From: an uncultured Clostridia bacterium
GTDB lineage: Bacteria; Bacillota; Clostridia; TANB77; CAG-508
DNA length: 64,000 bases
Direction of reading: 5' to 3'
NCBI GenBank assembly: GCA_934133005.1
Contig: CAKPAI010000001.1
Location: 298,769-362,768, forward strand
The notes beneath the pieces were generated by a model. That model did no database searches. It had not been told where the DNA came from and saw only the letters and a list, made by a program, of their open reading frames with translations. How positions within the stretch are numbered: position 1 is the stretch's first letter; every line of letters begins with the position of its first letter. Position numbers and translations under genes: made by a program. Shown piece by piece: positions 28,959 to 38,597 of this stretch.

Positions 28959-29234
28959 ATGGTATTAAATACATATATAGGGACGTTAAACAAGAAAAAA
29001 AAATTTTTGAGGAAAGGAGAACAAATACCTATGAGAAGTACATTTAAAACAAACGAAGAATTACCTGCAACATTGTCAGCAACAGATATTAGTAAATACT
29101 TAGGAATTTCGAAAGCTAATTCATATCAATTAATGAATCGTTCAGATTTTCCTACACTTAAACTTGGTAAACGAAAATTAGTACCAAAAGATAAATTTTT
29201 AATATGGGTAAATAACAATACAAATGTTATTTAG
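28959..29234 (+). CDS. Excisionase-family HTH DNA-binding protein (probable true start ~29031, MRSTFK...)
   Basis: LSATDISKYLGISKANSYQLMNRSDFPTLKLGKRKLVPKDKFLIWV, typical excisionase/HTH_17-like. RBS gaggaaaggagaacaaatacctATG before internal Met. Confidence 0.65.
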   Translation: MVLNTYIGTLNKKKKFLRKGEQIPMRSTFKTNEELPATLSATDISKYLGISKANSYQLMNRSDFPTLKLGKRKLVPKDKFLIWVNNNTNVI

Positions 29235-29246
29235 AAGGAGTAACTT

Positions 29247-31172
29247 ATGGAAGAAAATATGAATAAAAAAAATAATATTCAGGTAAATGCTTTAAATGTT
29301 GGCACAGAGAAAGCATCTTCTAAATATTATTCTTATCAAAATGATTCTACTGATATTATACAAGCAAATACAAATAAATTCAATAAAAATCAAGAAAATT
29401 CTTTAAGTTCTCTATTTGAAAATACACCTTATGAAATAATTGATGGTTCTTTATTTAAGGTTACAAATAAAAAAGGAAATAAAGTTTATCAAAAATTATC
29501 AAACTTTGTTCCTTATTTAAAAAATGAAACAATTATTGATGATGGTGTAGATGTAAAAAGATATTTGAGCATGGAAGGTAAACATGCTAATGGCAAAAAT
29601 CTGCCTTCCATTAGAATATCTGCAAATGATTTTAACAATATGAATTGGATAACAAAAAATTGGGGCTTACATTGTAATATTGAAACAGGACAAACTGTAA
29701 AAGATTGTATTAGACATGCTATTCAATGTACTGCAACTAATATAAAAATTGAACATATCTATTGTCATACTGGTTGGAGAAATATTAATAACAAATTAGT
29801 ATTTCTATGTAATAGTTTATATTTAGATAAAAATATTGAAACAAATGTTGAACTAGAAGGAAAATTATCACGTTATTGCTTAACAGATGTTACAGAAAGA
29901 AATATCGATGAAGATTTAAAATGTATAAGGAAATTACTAGATACTGAATTTATACCACATAAAATCATATTACCTTTAATTGCTTTAGCATTTCTATCTC
30001 CATTAAATCATTTTCTAGAAATAGCTGATTGTGAACCAAAATTAGTATTATTTTTAATTGGAAAAACTGGAGCTAAGAAAAGCACTCTTGCTTCTCTTAT
30101 ATTATCATTCTTTGGAGATTTTACTAATACTGATTTACCTATATCTTTTAGAGATACTGCTAATAGTATTATTGCACAATCATTTATCTTAAAAGATGTT
30201 TTAACTGTAATTGATGACTACCACCCTTCTACTAAATTAGATGAATTATCTATGAATAAAACAGCACAAGTCATTATGAGATCTTATGGCGATAGAATAG
30301 GAAAAAATAGATTAAATTGTGATAGTACATTAAAAGTATCCAAACCACCTAGAGGAAATGCCATCATTACTGGAGAATCAACACCAGATATTTCCGAAAG
30401 CGGTACTGCTAGATATATCAGTATTGAATTACAGCCAAACGACATTGATGTTTCGAAATTAACCAAATTACAAGAATTATCAAGAAATGGATCTTTTAAA
30501 TCTGTTATGAGTTTTTATATTAGATGGATTTATCAATATGTGAATGGTGTTTATACAGAAAAAGAATATGCAAATAAATTAAGAGAAGATTTTATAAATA
30601 ATAGAAAAATCCTAATTACAGAATTAACTAATAGAAATATAACTTTTCATCCTAGAATACCCGAAGCATTATCTTGGCTCTTTATAGGTTTTGAGAAATT
30701 TTTAAACCTTATGAATAATGCAAATGTTCTTACAAATGATGATTTACAATTTTTAGTTTCCGAATTTGCAGATATTTTAATAAATCTAGCAATATCTCAA
30801 TCTAAAACTGTTACTGAAGATAATCCTAGTATGAAGTTTGTTACTAAATTAAATTCATTGTTAGAAAGCAAAATTGCAAGAGTTCAAGATATAAGAACTT
30901 ATCAATATGCAGGTGGAAATGGCTTTATTGGTTATGAAGATGATATGTACTATTATTTAATATCAAGCATATCTCATAAATTAGTAAAAAAACTTTGTGA
31001 TGAACAAGGAGAATTGTTCTCAGTAAGTGAGAGAACTCTATTAAAACACTTAGATGAAGATGGATTTATAGAAACTTCAAAAGATAGTAGAACAAAATTA
31101 CTACGAGTTGGTGGTAGTCCACAAAGATTTATATGGTTAAAAAAAGATAAATTTAGGAGTATTATACAGTAA
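29247..31172 (+). CDS. Primase/helicase-type replication protein (SF3/D5-like NTPase; DUF927 / P4-primase-C-like)
   Basis: Walker A LFLIGKTGAKKSTLASL. Walker B LTVIDDYHPS. 641 aa. Located between xis-like gene and mob genes as in SaPI/IME-type elements. Confidence 0.55.
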   Translation: MEENMNKKNNIQVNALNVGTEKASSKYYSYQNDSTDIIQANTNKFNKNQENSLSSLFENTPYEIIDGSLFKVTNKKGNKVYQKLSNFVPYLKNETIIDDGVDVKRYLSMEGKHANGKNLPSIRISANDFNNMNWITKNWGLHCNIETGQTVKDCIRHAIQCTATNIKIEHIYCHTGWRNINNKLVFLCNSLYLDKNIETNVELEGKLSRYCLTDVTERNIDEDLKCIRKLLDTEFIPHKIILPLIALAFLSPLNHFLEIADCEPKLVLFLIGKTGAKKSTLASLILSFFGDFTNTDLPISFRDTANSIIAQSFILKDVLTVIDDYHPSTKLDELSMNKTAQVIMRSYGDRIGKNRLNCDSTLKVSKPPRGNAIITGESTPDISESGTARYISIELQPNDIDVSKLTKLQELSRNGSFKSVMSFYIRWIYQYVNGVYTEKEYANKLREDFINNRKILITELTNRNITFHPRIPEALSWLFIGFEKFLNLMNNANVLTNDDLQFLVSEFADILINLAISQSKTVTEDNPSMKFVTKLNSLLESKIARVQDIRTYQYAGGNGFIGYEDDMYYYLISSISHKLVKKLCDEQGELFSVSERTLLKHLDEDGFIETSKDSRTKLLRVGGSPQRFIWLKKDKFRSIIQ

Positions 31173-31174
31173 TA

Positions 31175-31370
31175 TTTTCTGTTACAACTGTTACATTTTT
31201 CTAAATTGCATATGGTTGTAAGAAAATATTAGTAACAATTATCTAAAATTATCTGATACAAAAATGAAACAGAATTTGTTACAACTTGTATCAGATATGT
31301 AACAAATAACGAAAGTTTATAATCAACTTATATAACTATATTCTACAGTGTTGTAACAGATGTAACAGTA
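31175..31370. promoter_or_regulatory. Candidate oriT: six copies of TGTTACA/TGTAACA in direct and inverted arrangement upstream of mobC
   Basis: tgttacaactgttaca (~31179), ttgttacaacttgtatcagatatgtaacaa (~31275, inverted pair), tgttgtaacagatgtaacag (~31348). Confidence 0.45.
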
Positions 31371-31444
31371 TTTTTATATATAATACTTCACTTCTTGCTA
31401 AATTTAAGCTATTCTTTGTAGTTTTTTATAGGCAAGATTCCTAA

Positions 31445-31921
31445 TTGTATAGACATACAATTAAATGGTTGCGTTATTGCTTTAGCAATTACGAACCATT
31501 ATATGTGGCTTTGCCACTAGATTTTACACCCAAAATTCACTTTGGGTGTTTTAATTTTGGGAGAACCCAAACCCCTTTTACAAATTTTAGAGAAAGGAAC
31601 TTAATATATATGAGAAAAAATAATAAACAAATTAATTTTAGAGTTAGTGAAAAAGATTATAACTATATAAAAAGGCAATCTGAAAAAGCTAATATAACTT
31701 TAACTGACTATTTAAAATATTCAGCACTTAACAAGAACATATATGTAATTGATGGATTAGATGATGCTTCAAGAGAACTTGCTAAAATTGGAAATAACTT
31801 AAATCAGCTAACTAGACTATGTCATCAAGGTGTTATTACTTGTTTAGATTTAAGTGAGATTAGAGAGCAGGTGAAACATATATGGCAGTTATTAAATTTA
31901 CTAACTCCAAATCAACTTTAA
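31445..31921 (+). CDS. mobC: MobC-family relaxosome accessory protein (probable true start ~31610, MRKNNKQINFRVSEKD...)
   Basis: FRVSEKDYNYIKRQSEKANITLTDYLKYSAL ... LAKIGNNLNQLTRLCH matches conserved MobC (ribbon-helix-helix start and IGNNLNQ box). RBS agaaaggaac. Confidence 0.7.
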   Translation: MYRHTIKWLRYCFSNYEPLYVALPLDFTPKIHFGCFNFGRTQTPFTNFRERNLIYMRKNNKQINFRVSEKDYNYIKRQSEKANITLTDYLKYSALNKNIYVIDGLDDASRELAKIGNNLNQLTRLCHQGVITCLDLSEIREQVKHIWQLLNLLTPNQL

Positions 31922-33132
31922 AACATATTATAAATTACATAACACAAGATGCTAAAACTACTACTGAATTAATTACAGGAAAAGATTGTACTTCTGACAA
32001 TGCCTTAGAGGAAATGCAAACTGTAAAAAATTTATATAACAAGACAACTGGCAGACAATATATTCATTTAGTACAATCTTTTTCCCCTAACGATAATTTA
32101 AGTTATGACAAAGCACATGAAATTGGATTAGAACTTGCAAAACAATATAAAGGTTTTCAAGTATTAGTAGCAACTCATACTGACAGAGAACATGTACATA
32201 ATCATCTCGTAATAAATTCTGTATCTTTTGAAGATGGTAAGAAATTTCAACAAAGTAAAAAAGATATGGAAAAAATAAAAATACATTCTAATGAATTATG
32301 TGCAAAAAATGGACTTTCCACTATTTCATTAAAAGGAAATTCAAAGGTTAGTAATAGTTTAACACTAAAAGAATATCATGTAGCAAATAAAGGTCAAAGT
32401 TGGAAAATGCAACTAATAAATGCCATTGACTATTCAATAGAAAATTCATTAACTAAAAAAGATTTCATATCAAATATGAATAGTTTAGGGTATCAAGTTA
32501 ATTGGACTGATACAAGAAAAAGTATAACTTACACTACTCCAACTGGAATGAAGTGTAGAGATAATAAATTATATGATATTAAATATTTAAAGGAGACTAT
32601 GCAAAATGAGTTTAATAGAAAATTTAAAAGAGAAAAATCAAATACCACAGCAAACACAAATGAAAGCAGAGTTTTACACAGTTCAACCAGAAACGTGGAT
32701 AACTCTTTTCAAGTGGATAGAAGATACGAAGGACAAAATCAAAAATATGGAATACAAAATGGACAAGCAAATTTCAATGGCAGACATTCTAAATACACTA
32801 AAAAAGGAACTTACAGAAACAATAAGAATACATCTGGAAGTTCAGATGATGAAATATCAAGAGGAATTGAAAGAACTACAAAAGATAAAATGGAAAAATA
32901 TATTCAAATGGATACCAATAGGTATTGTAATAGGTATTTTAGTAACCGTTCTCTGGATACATTAGTATCCCTTGCCTATTTATTTGAAAATAGACAATAT
33001 AATCAAAATAAACCTAAAAGAACAATAAGAAGTTTTAGGAGTTTAAGCAAACAAGCTAAAAAAGAATGGATTATGAAGCATAAATATTCAAGTAGTTTTG
33101 ATTGGTTTGAAGAAGATGAATGGGAAATGTAA
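31882..33132 (+). CDS. Relaxase/mobilization nuclease (MobA/VirD2-like domain, HxH motif)
   Basis: LKHIINYITQD N-terminal region. HTDREHVHNHLVINSV three-His metal-binding motif of relaxases. Overlaps mobC 3' end. Confidence 0.7.
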   Translation: MAVIKFTNSKSTLKHIINYITQDAKTTTELITGKDCTSDNALEEMQTVKNLYNKTTGRQYIHLVQSFSPNDNLSYDKAHEIGLELAKQYKGFQVLVATHTDREHVHNHLVINSVSFEDGKKFQQSKKDMEKIKIHSNELCAKNGLSTISLKGNSKVSNSLTLKEYHVANKGQSWKMQLINAIDYSIENSLTKKDFISNMNSLGYQVNWTDTRKSITYTTPTGMKCRDNKLYDIKYLKETMQNEFNRKFKREKSNTTANTNESRVLHSSTRNVDNSFQVDRRYEGQNQKYGIQNGQANFNGRHSKYTKKGTYRNNKNTSGSSDDEISRGIERTTKDKMEKYIQMDTNRYCNRYFSNRSLDTLVSLAYLFENRQYNQNKPKRTIRSFRSLSKQAKKEWIMKHKYSSSFDWFEEDEWEM

Positions 33133-33150
33133 AAAATATTTTTAACAATA

Positions 33151-33372
33151 TTGACTTTTGACTGTCATAATGTTATTATATTTATGGCAGTCAAAAAGGA
33201 GGTGGATATGACTGAGAAAAAGCTAGGTCGTCCAACTGATAATCCTAAGAATACTAAATTAACTGTTCGTGTAGATGCGGAAACATTAGAAATATTAGAA
33301 AAATATTGTAAGAAAGAAAATATATCTAAAATGGAAGGTATTCGTAGAGGAATTAGAAAATTGGACAAATAA
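33151..33372 (+). CDS. Small ribbon-helix-helix/CopG-like DNA-binding protein (start likely ~33208, MTEKKLGRPT...)
   Basis: KKLGRPTDNPKNTKLTVRVDAETLEILEKYCKKENISKMEGIRRGIRKL. RBS aaaaaggaggtggatATG. Confidence 0.5.
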   Translation: MTFDCHNVIIFMAVKKEVDMTEKKLGRPTDNPKNTKLTVRVDAETLEILEKYCKKENISKMEGIRRGIRKLDK

Positions 33373-33383
33373 AAAAGGAAATA

Positions 33384-33806
33384 GTGTTTCTGACAGTCAA
33401 TCTTATTACACTATTCCCTAGCAATACTACTTCGAAAGTAGAATTACATGAATATTATATCACATGCAATCTTCTACTTTCAACAAAAATGAAAATTTTA
33501 ATGAAAGAAGGAGGATTTTTTATGCCTATCAATCAAAATTTATTTGAAGAAGAACTTGATGAGTTCTTTAATAATCTAATCAATTCATATCTAAACTATT
33601 TATCACAAGAAGATGAAATTTATAAGAAGCTTGGTAAAAATAAAAATTCTTGTATTGAAAATTTTCTAAAGGACTTTCCTAATACTAATGATTCTTTAGA
33701 AAAACTTATCAATTATATTTATTTAGAAAATGAATATGAATCTGATGTCTTATATAGACAAGGTTTTATTGATTGCTTTAACTTTCTAAAACTTCTTGAT
33801 TACTAA
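33384..33806 (+). CDS. Hypothetical acidic protein (probable start ~33522, MPINQ..., 95 aa)
   Basis: RBS gaaggaggattttttATG. No motif recognised. Immediately precedes integrase. Confidence 0.45.
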   Translation: MFLTVNLITLFPSNTTSKVELHEYYITCNLLLSTKMKILMKEGGFFMPINQNLFEEELDEFFNNLINSYLNYLSQEDEIYKKLGKNKNSCIENFLKDFPNTNDSLEKLINYIYLENEYESDVLYRQGFIDCFNFLKLLDY

Positions 33807-35109
33807 ATCAAGGAGGTTCAATATGTCAAAAAGAGGTCAAAATGAAGGCAGTATTAGACAAAGAAAAGATGGTACTTGGGAAGCTAGATATACTGTAGGT
33901 GTAAAAGAAAATGGAAAACCTAACAGAAAATCTGTATATGCTAAAACTAGAAAAGAAGTTAAAGATAAATTAAATGCCATTTTGTTATCTCTAAAGAATG
34001 GAACTTATACTAATTCAAATAATATATTATTCATAGATTGGCTTAGCAAATGGCTTGAAACTTATGCTAAGCCTAATATAAAACTTGCTACATATACAAG
34101 TTATGAAACATATATACGAGGTCATTTGAAACCTTATTTTTCTAATATAAAATTACAATCTGTTTCAGCAGAAATGCTACAAAAATTCTTTAATTATAAA
34201 CAGAACAATGGTAGATTAGATAATCGTGAAGGTGGCTTATCAGCTAAAACTTTGAAAAATATGTATAATATGCTACATGCTTCATTTAAACAAGCATATA
34301 TTAATGGATTAGTTCAAACAAATATCGTTGAAACTATAAGAACTCCTAAAATTTTCAGAAAAGAAATGAGAGTTTTAACTAGAGAAGAACAAAATAAATT
34401 AATTCATGTTGCTAGAAATTATAGATTAGGAATTGTTGTTATATTAGATTTATTTACAGGTATGAGATTGGGTGAAATCCTTGCTTTGAGATGGTGTGAT
34501 GTTGATTTAAAAGGTCAAAATTTAATTGTTAGAAATAGTATTAAGAGATTATCTACCCATGAGAAAGCATCTAAAAATCAGAATAAAACTAAATTAATTT
34601 TAGATACTCCAAAATCTCAAACAAGTTATAGAGAAATACCGCTTCTCTCTCCTATTGTTAAAGAATTAAAAACTCACAAGCAAAAGCAAAAAATTGAAAT
34701 CCAATTAGCTGGTAAATCCTATATAAATAAAGATTTTCTATTTTGTAATCAAATTGGAGAACCTTATGATCAGAAAACTTTTTGGAAAGAGTATTCTTTA
34801 ATGTTAATAGATGCCGGTTTACGAGATAAAAAAGAAAAACCAATTAGAAATAAAATTAAAAAGAATATAAAATCTAAACCCAAATCTCATGCTGATAAAG
34901 TTCAAGTTACATTCCATACTTTAAGACATACTTTTGCAACTAGAGCAATTGAGCAAGGTATGGAAATTCCTGTACTTAGTAAAATTCTAGGACATGCTGA
35001 TATAAGTACCACTTTGAATAAATATTGCCATGCTATTCCAGATAGGAAGCGTGAAAATATGGAGAAAATTGAGTGTTTATATGATGATAGCCTAGATGGT
35101 GGAATCTAG
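33796..35109 (+). CDS. int: Tyrosine site-specific integrase 2 (probable ATG start 33823, MSKRGQNEGSIRQRKDGTWEARY...)
   Basis: AP2-like arm-binding N-terminus. C-terminal HTLRHTFATRAIEQG...LGHADISTTLNKYCH. Strong RBS caaggaggttcaatATG. Lys-rich insertions relative to integrase 1. Confidence 0.85.
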   Translation: MITKSRRFNMSKRGQNEGSIRQRKDGTWEARYTVGVKENGKPNRKSVYAKTRKEVKDKLNAILLSLKNGTYTNSNNILFIDWLSKWLETYAKPNIKLATYTSYETYIRGHLKPYFSNIKLQSVSAEMLQKFFNYKQNNGRLDNREGGLSAKTLKNMYNMLHASFKQAYINGLVQTNIVETIRTPKIFRKEMRVLTREEQNKLIHVARNYRLGIVVILDLFTGMRLGEILALRWCDVDLKGQNLIVRNSIKRLSTHEKASKNQNKTKLILDTPKSQTSYREIPLLSPIVKELKTHKQKQKIEIQLAGKSYINKDFLFCNQIGEPYDQKTFWKEYSLMLIDAGLRDKKEKPIRNKIKKNIKSKPKSHADKVQVTFHTLRHTFATRAIEQGMEIPVLSKILGHADISTTLNKYCHAIPDRKRENMEKIECLYDDSLDGGI

Positions 35110-35135
35110 GCTATTTTGTGTAAAATACTATAATA

Positions 35136-35561
35136 TTAAATTTCATCTGGAGTAAAAACTTCAATTCCATTTTCTATTAAAAGGTCTGCCAATATACCAT
35201 TTCCATCTATTAATTTATTATCAAAATTTCCACTATAAATTTTATTAACTCCACAAGACGGGCTTCTTGGCTGAAGTATCGCTTTATTGATATTTAAGCT
35301 TTTAGCTAATTTTAATACTTCTATTGCTCCTCTTTCAAAATTTTCTGTAACATCATTTCCTTCATTATCAATTGCATATCTTTTTCCATCAATAACTTTA
35401 AGTTCCACAGGTTTTCTTGGTGTCTTTAACCCTCCTAGTTGTTCTGGACAAATTGGTATAGCTTTTCCTTCCTTTACTAAATCAAAAATCTTTTTATTAA
35501 AATTATTGCCTCCACTATATTTGCAATTTATTCCTACTAAACAAGCACTTACAAGTATCAT
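35136..35561 (-). CDS. DUF523 (YbbK-like) family protein
   Basis: MILVSACLVGINCKYSGG...PICPEQLGGLKTPRKP...PRSPSCGV conserved Cys pattern of DUF523. Confidence 0.6.
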   Translation of the reverse strand: MILVSACLVGINCKYSGGNNFNKKIFDLVKEGKAIPICPEQLGGLKTPRKPVELKVIDGKRYAIDNEGNDVTENFERGAIEVLKLAKSLNINKAILQPRSPSCGVNKIYSGNFDNKLIDGNGILADLLIENGIEVFTPDEI

Positions 35562-35953
35562 TACATTAGACCTCTTTCTACTAAATTTGGTATAACATGT
35601 TCTCCTAAAATACTACCTACTTTTATTCCATTTTTCTTATAATCTTTATCAATCCATATTGCTTCTTTAATTTCATTTTTGCATTTTATTTTTCCTTTTA
35701 TTTCAGCTAAATATGTTTGGACATGAATAGGCTCATCTGAAAAACAAGCAATATCATCATATCCACCTATAAATTCAGCATTTACTAATTCTACATTTAG
35801 CTCTTCATCTAGTTCTCTTTTTAATGTTTCAAAATCTGTTTCATTTCCTTCACGTTTTCCTCCTGGAATTATACATTCTTCCCTATTATTCTTTTTTCTT
35901 TGAACAAGGACTTTTTTATCTTTTAAAATTACTCCACCAACTTTATCTATCAT
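35561..35953 (-). CDS. Nudix hydrolase (MutT-like)
   Basis: Nudix box GGKREGNETDFETLKRELDEELNV. Confidence 0.8.
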   Translation of the reverse strand: MIDKVGGVILKDKKVLVQRKKNNREECIIPGGKREGNETDFETLKRELDEELNVELVNAEFIGGYDDIACFSDEPIHVQTYLAEIKGKIKCKNEIKEAIWIDKDYKKNGIKVGSILGEHVIPNLVERGLM

Positions 35954-36017
35954 ATTTTTATTACCTTTCTATCATTTTATACTTTTAAATCAGAACATTC
36001 TTTCTTCTTATTTCTTT

Positions 36018-36824
36018 TTATAATTCAATTTCATCCAAATCATTTGGAACATACACATTACCATTAAAATATTCTTTTGCTTCTTTAGTAAATAATTCTT
36101 TTCTTGTTTCTATATTATTATCGATGCAATGCCATAATAATAAGTTCTTTATATTTAAAGTATTCATTGCAATAGAAACATCTTTTACTGTAGAATGATT
36201 CTTTTCATGTGGTTTTACCTTATATTTGTCTTTTTCTAAACACATTGCTTCATGTAGTACCCAATCTGAATTTTCTATTTTTGAATACACATTTTTACTA
36301 CAAGGAACGTCTCCTAAAAAAGCTAACGTTTTTCCAGAATTTAGGATTATCTTAAATCCATACTGAATACATTCGATAGATTCTGTATCAATTGCTTCTA
36401 CTTCATAACCTATAATATTAAATTTTTTACCATTATCACAAAAATAATATTTCACAATTTCTTTATATAAATCTTCGTGTGCTTTATGAAATGTTGCACT
36501 AATAAACATATCAATTATCTGTTTTATTTCTTCAGTACAATATATATTTAATATACCATCATAATTACTTTTTCTATGTTGTTGCATGATATATCTTAAA
36601 AGTGGTATTATTCCCCATAAATGATCTATGTGTTTATGAGATATAAAAATATCATGTATTTTATTTATATTAATATTTTTGGCTTTTAAATGATTTAATA
36701 TTTGATTACCACTTCCAGTATCAATCAATAAGTAATTACCGTTTGTATTTTCAAGTAACGCACTTAAACTATAACAATTTATTGTTAGTCCACTACCAGT
36801 TCCTAAAACTATTAACTTTTCCAT
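36018..36824 (-). CDS. Metallo-beta-lactamase-fold hydrolase
   Basis: HKHIDHLWG (HxHxDH) motif. GTGSG N-terminal start typical of MBL/RNase Z-like fold. Confidence 0.75.
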   Translation of the reverse strand: MEKLIVLGTGSGLTINCYSLSALLENTNGNYLLIDTGSGNQILNHLKAKNININKIHDIFISHKHIDHLWGIIPLLRYIMQQHRKSNYDGILNIYCTEEIKQIIDMFISATFHKAHEDLYKEIVKYYFCDNGKKFNIIGYEVEAIDTESIECIQYGFKIILNSGKTLAFLGDVPCSKNVYSKIENSDWVLHEAMCLEKDKYKVKPHEKNHSTVKDVSIAMNTLNIKNLLLWHCIDNNIETRKELFTKEAKEYFNGNVYVPNDLDEIEL

Positions 36825-36842
36825 ATTTTTTTTACCTTTTTC

Positions 36843-37295
36843 TTAATCTTTTAAAATATCAACAATATCAATAGGTGCAACTAAATTATTATTTTGGTTA
36901 ATTACTGCTGTTCTAACATAATTTCCTCTTAACATACTTTCCATTTGATTAACTATTTCATCATAATCAAACCATTTAACATCTAAAATTTCTTCTTTAT
37001 CAAACTCAATATTTTCATTAATAAGTTTAGCATTAAAAACAATCATTACAAATAAATCGTCTTCTAAAATTCTATTAGCAACATAGCAAACTCCGTCTAG
37101 TTTAACATCACAACCTGTTTCTTCTTTTATTTCTCTAATTGCTCCTTGCTCTAAACTCTCGTTAAAATCTAAATGTCCTGCTGGAAAATTCCATTTTTCA
37201 TAACATTTTTTCTTCGCTTCTTGTACTAACAAATATTTTCCTTCTTTTTCTATAATTCCACCTACTATTACTTTCATAATTTTGCTTTCCTCCAA
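36843..37295 (-). CDS. Nudix hydrolase
   Basis: Nudix box GHLDFNESLEQGAIREIKEETGCD. Confidence 0.8.
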   Translation of the reverse strand: MEESKIMKVIVGGIIEKEGKYLLVQEAKKKCYEKWNFPAGHLDFNESLEQGAIREIKEETGCDVKLDGVCYVANRILEDDLFVMIVFNAKLINENIEFDKEEILDVKWFDYDEIVNQMESMLRGNYVRTAVINQNNNLVAPIDIVDILKD

Positions 37296-37306
37296 TTATA
37301 TTTCTT

Positions 37307-37837
37307 TTAAATATCTAAATAATACTCAAGTATTCTTCTATCTCTTAAAACAACAAATTTTGTTGCATAAACATCTTCATATTGTGAGTCTTTTAAATCA
37401 TTTATGCAATTTTGTATTAATTCTAATGCCTCAATAGGCTCAACCCATAATAATTTTGCTCCTTCAACTTTTTCTTTTTGCGTCAAATTTAATTTTTGAG
37501 TATCTTCAATAACCTTTGATACAAAAATATATGAGATTTGTTTAAAATTGTTTTTATATTTGTATTCTTCAGTAACACCTAAATATTTTATTATCTCAAC
37601 TTTGCATCCTGTTTCTTCTGCAACTTCACGATAAAAAGCATCTTTTGGATTTTCATTTTCTTCAATGCCACCTCCTGGCAATTTATATTCGTGTTTATTT
37701 GCTTTATTAAAAATTGCAATTTTTCCATCTTCTCGAATTACTATTCCTCTTGCACCTTTTCTTAATTGTGGCTTTTCCATATCACAAAATTTAAGTCCAA
37801 AGTCATTATCTGTTATTTTTGTAATTAATTTTTCCAT
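37307..37837 (-). CDS. Nudix hydrolase
   Basis: Nudix box PGGGIEENENPKDAFYREVAEETGC. Confidence 0.8.
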   Translation of the reverse strand: MEKLITKITDNDFGLKFCDMEKPQLRKGARGIVIREDGKIAIFNKANKHEYKLPGGGIEENENPKDAFYREVAEETGCKVEIIKYLGVTEEYKYKNNFKQISYIFVSKVIEDTQKLNLTQKEKVEGAKLLWVEPIEALELIQNCINDLKDSQYEDVYATKFVVLRDRRILEYYLDI

Positions 37838-37884
37838 TTAACTCCTCCTTAATATTATTATTTTTTAAATAATAATTTTAAACA

Positions 37885-38406
37885 TTACAAACTTCTAATA
37901 TATTGGAACAATTTTTCAAATTCTTCTTTATGTATTAAAAGTCCCTCTGCTTTTTCTTCCACCATTTTTTCTAGATCCTTATATAAAACATACTTAACCT
38001 CTGATACTTCATCATCTTCAAAAGTGTATTCTTCTATTTTTTTATTACATCTTAATAAATACACATAAGCAAATTCCATATTTTTAGGATTTTTTGTGCT
38101 TTTAATCGTTGCAATATATTGTAAATCTTTTTCTTCTGCTTCAACTCCTAATTCTTCTTTTAGTTCCCTTATTGCTCCATCAATTACAATTTCTCCTGCT
38201 TTTATATGTCCTGCTCCAGATATGTCCCAGCAATTAGGATGTGATTTCTTATTTGCACTTCTTTTTTGTAATAATAATTCATTTTTGTCATTTATAATCC
38301 AAACATGTGCTGTTCTATGAAAATCGCCTTCTTCATGTGCTTTCCCCTTTTCTTTTATTTGTCCTGTTGGATTATTATTTTCATCAAATATATCTATATA
38401 TTCCAT
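37885..38406 (-). CDS. Nudix hydrolase (paralog of 41639-42163)
   Basis: Nudix box GAGHIKAGEIVIDGAIRELKEELGV. N-terminal MEYIDIFDENNNPTGQ similar to MSEFWDIYDENRNKTGR of the 41639 gene. Confidence 0.8.
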   Translation of the reverse strand: MEYIDIFDENNNPTGQIKEKGKAHEEGDFHRTAHVWIINDKNELLLQKRSANKKSHPNCWDISGAGHIKAGEIVIDGAIRELKEELGVEAEEKDLQYIATIKSTKNPKNMEFAYVYLLRCNKKIEEYTFEDDEVSEVKYVLYKDLEKMVEEKAEGLLIHKEEFEKLFQYIRSL

Positions 38407-38493
38407 AAGCTCTCCTCTTTCCTTATTGCTATTACTATATCACAAATTCCTTAATTATTCCATAGTTTACCATTAATTCTATTACTTTTCATC

Positions 38494-38519
38494 GTGGTAG
38501 GGGTATTTTACTGGGGTAA
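38494..38519 (+). repeat. G-rich direct repeat G2 (GGTAGGGGTATTTTACTGGGGTAAA)
   Basis: 14/14 GGTAGGGGTATTTT plus second GGGGTA, matching 23551-23574. Confidence 0.55.
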
Positions 38520-38597
38520 AGTACAAAAATAAGACCACTTATTTTCTTGTAGTCTTACTCCTATCTATATTCTATAATTTAATTTTTATTTACTTGT

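Noticed and set aside
35110-35135. Right junction of element 2 immediately after integrase 2
   Set aside because: Only 26 nt separate the int stop from the next gene, and they contain neither the core nor the G-rich repeat. The repeat-supported junction at ~38.5 kb is preferred. Ambiguity is noted in the findings.
38540-38562. TAGTCTTACTCC resembling the T-arm/acceptor junction of the same tRNA, in opposite orientation
   Set aside because: Only ~10/12 match with no flanking T-loop or CCA. Too short to distinguish from chance.
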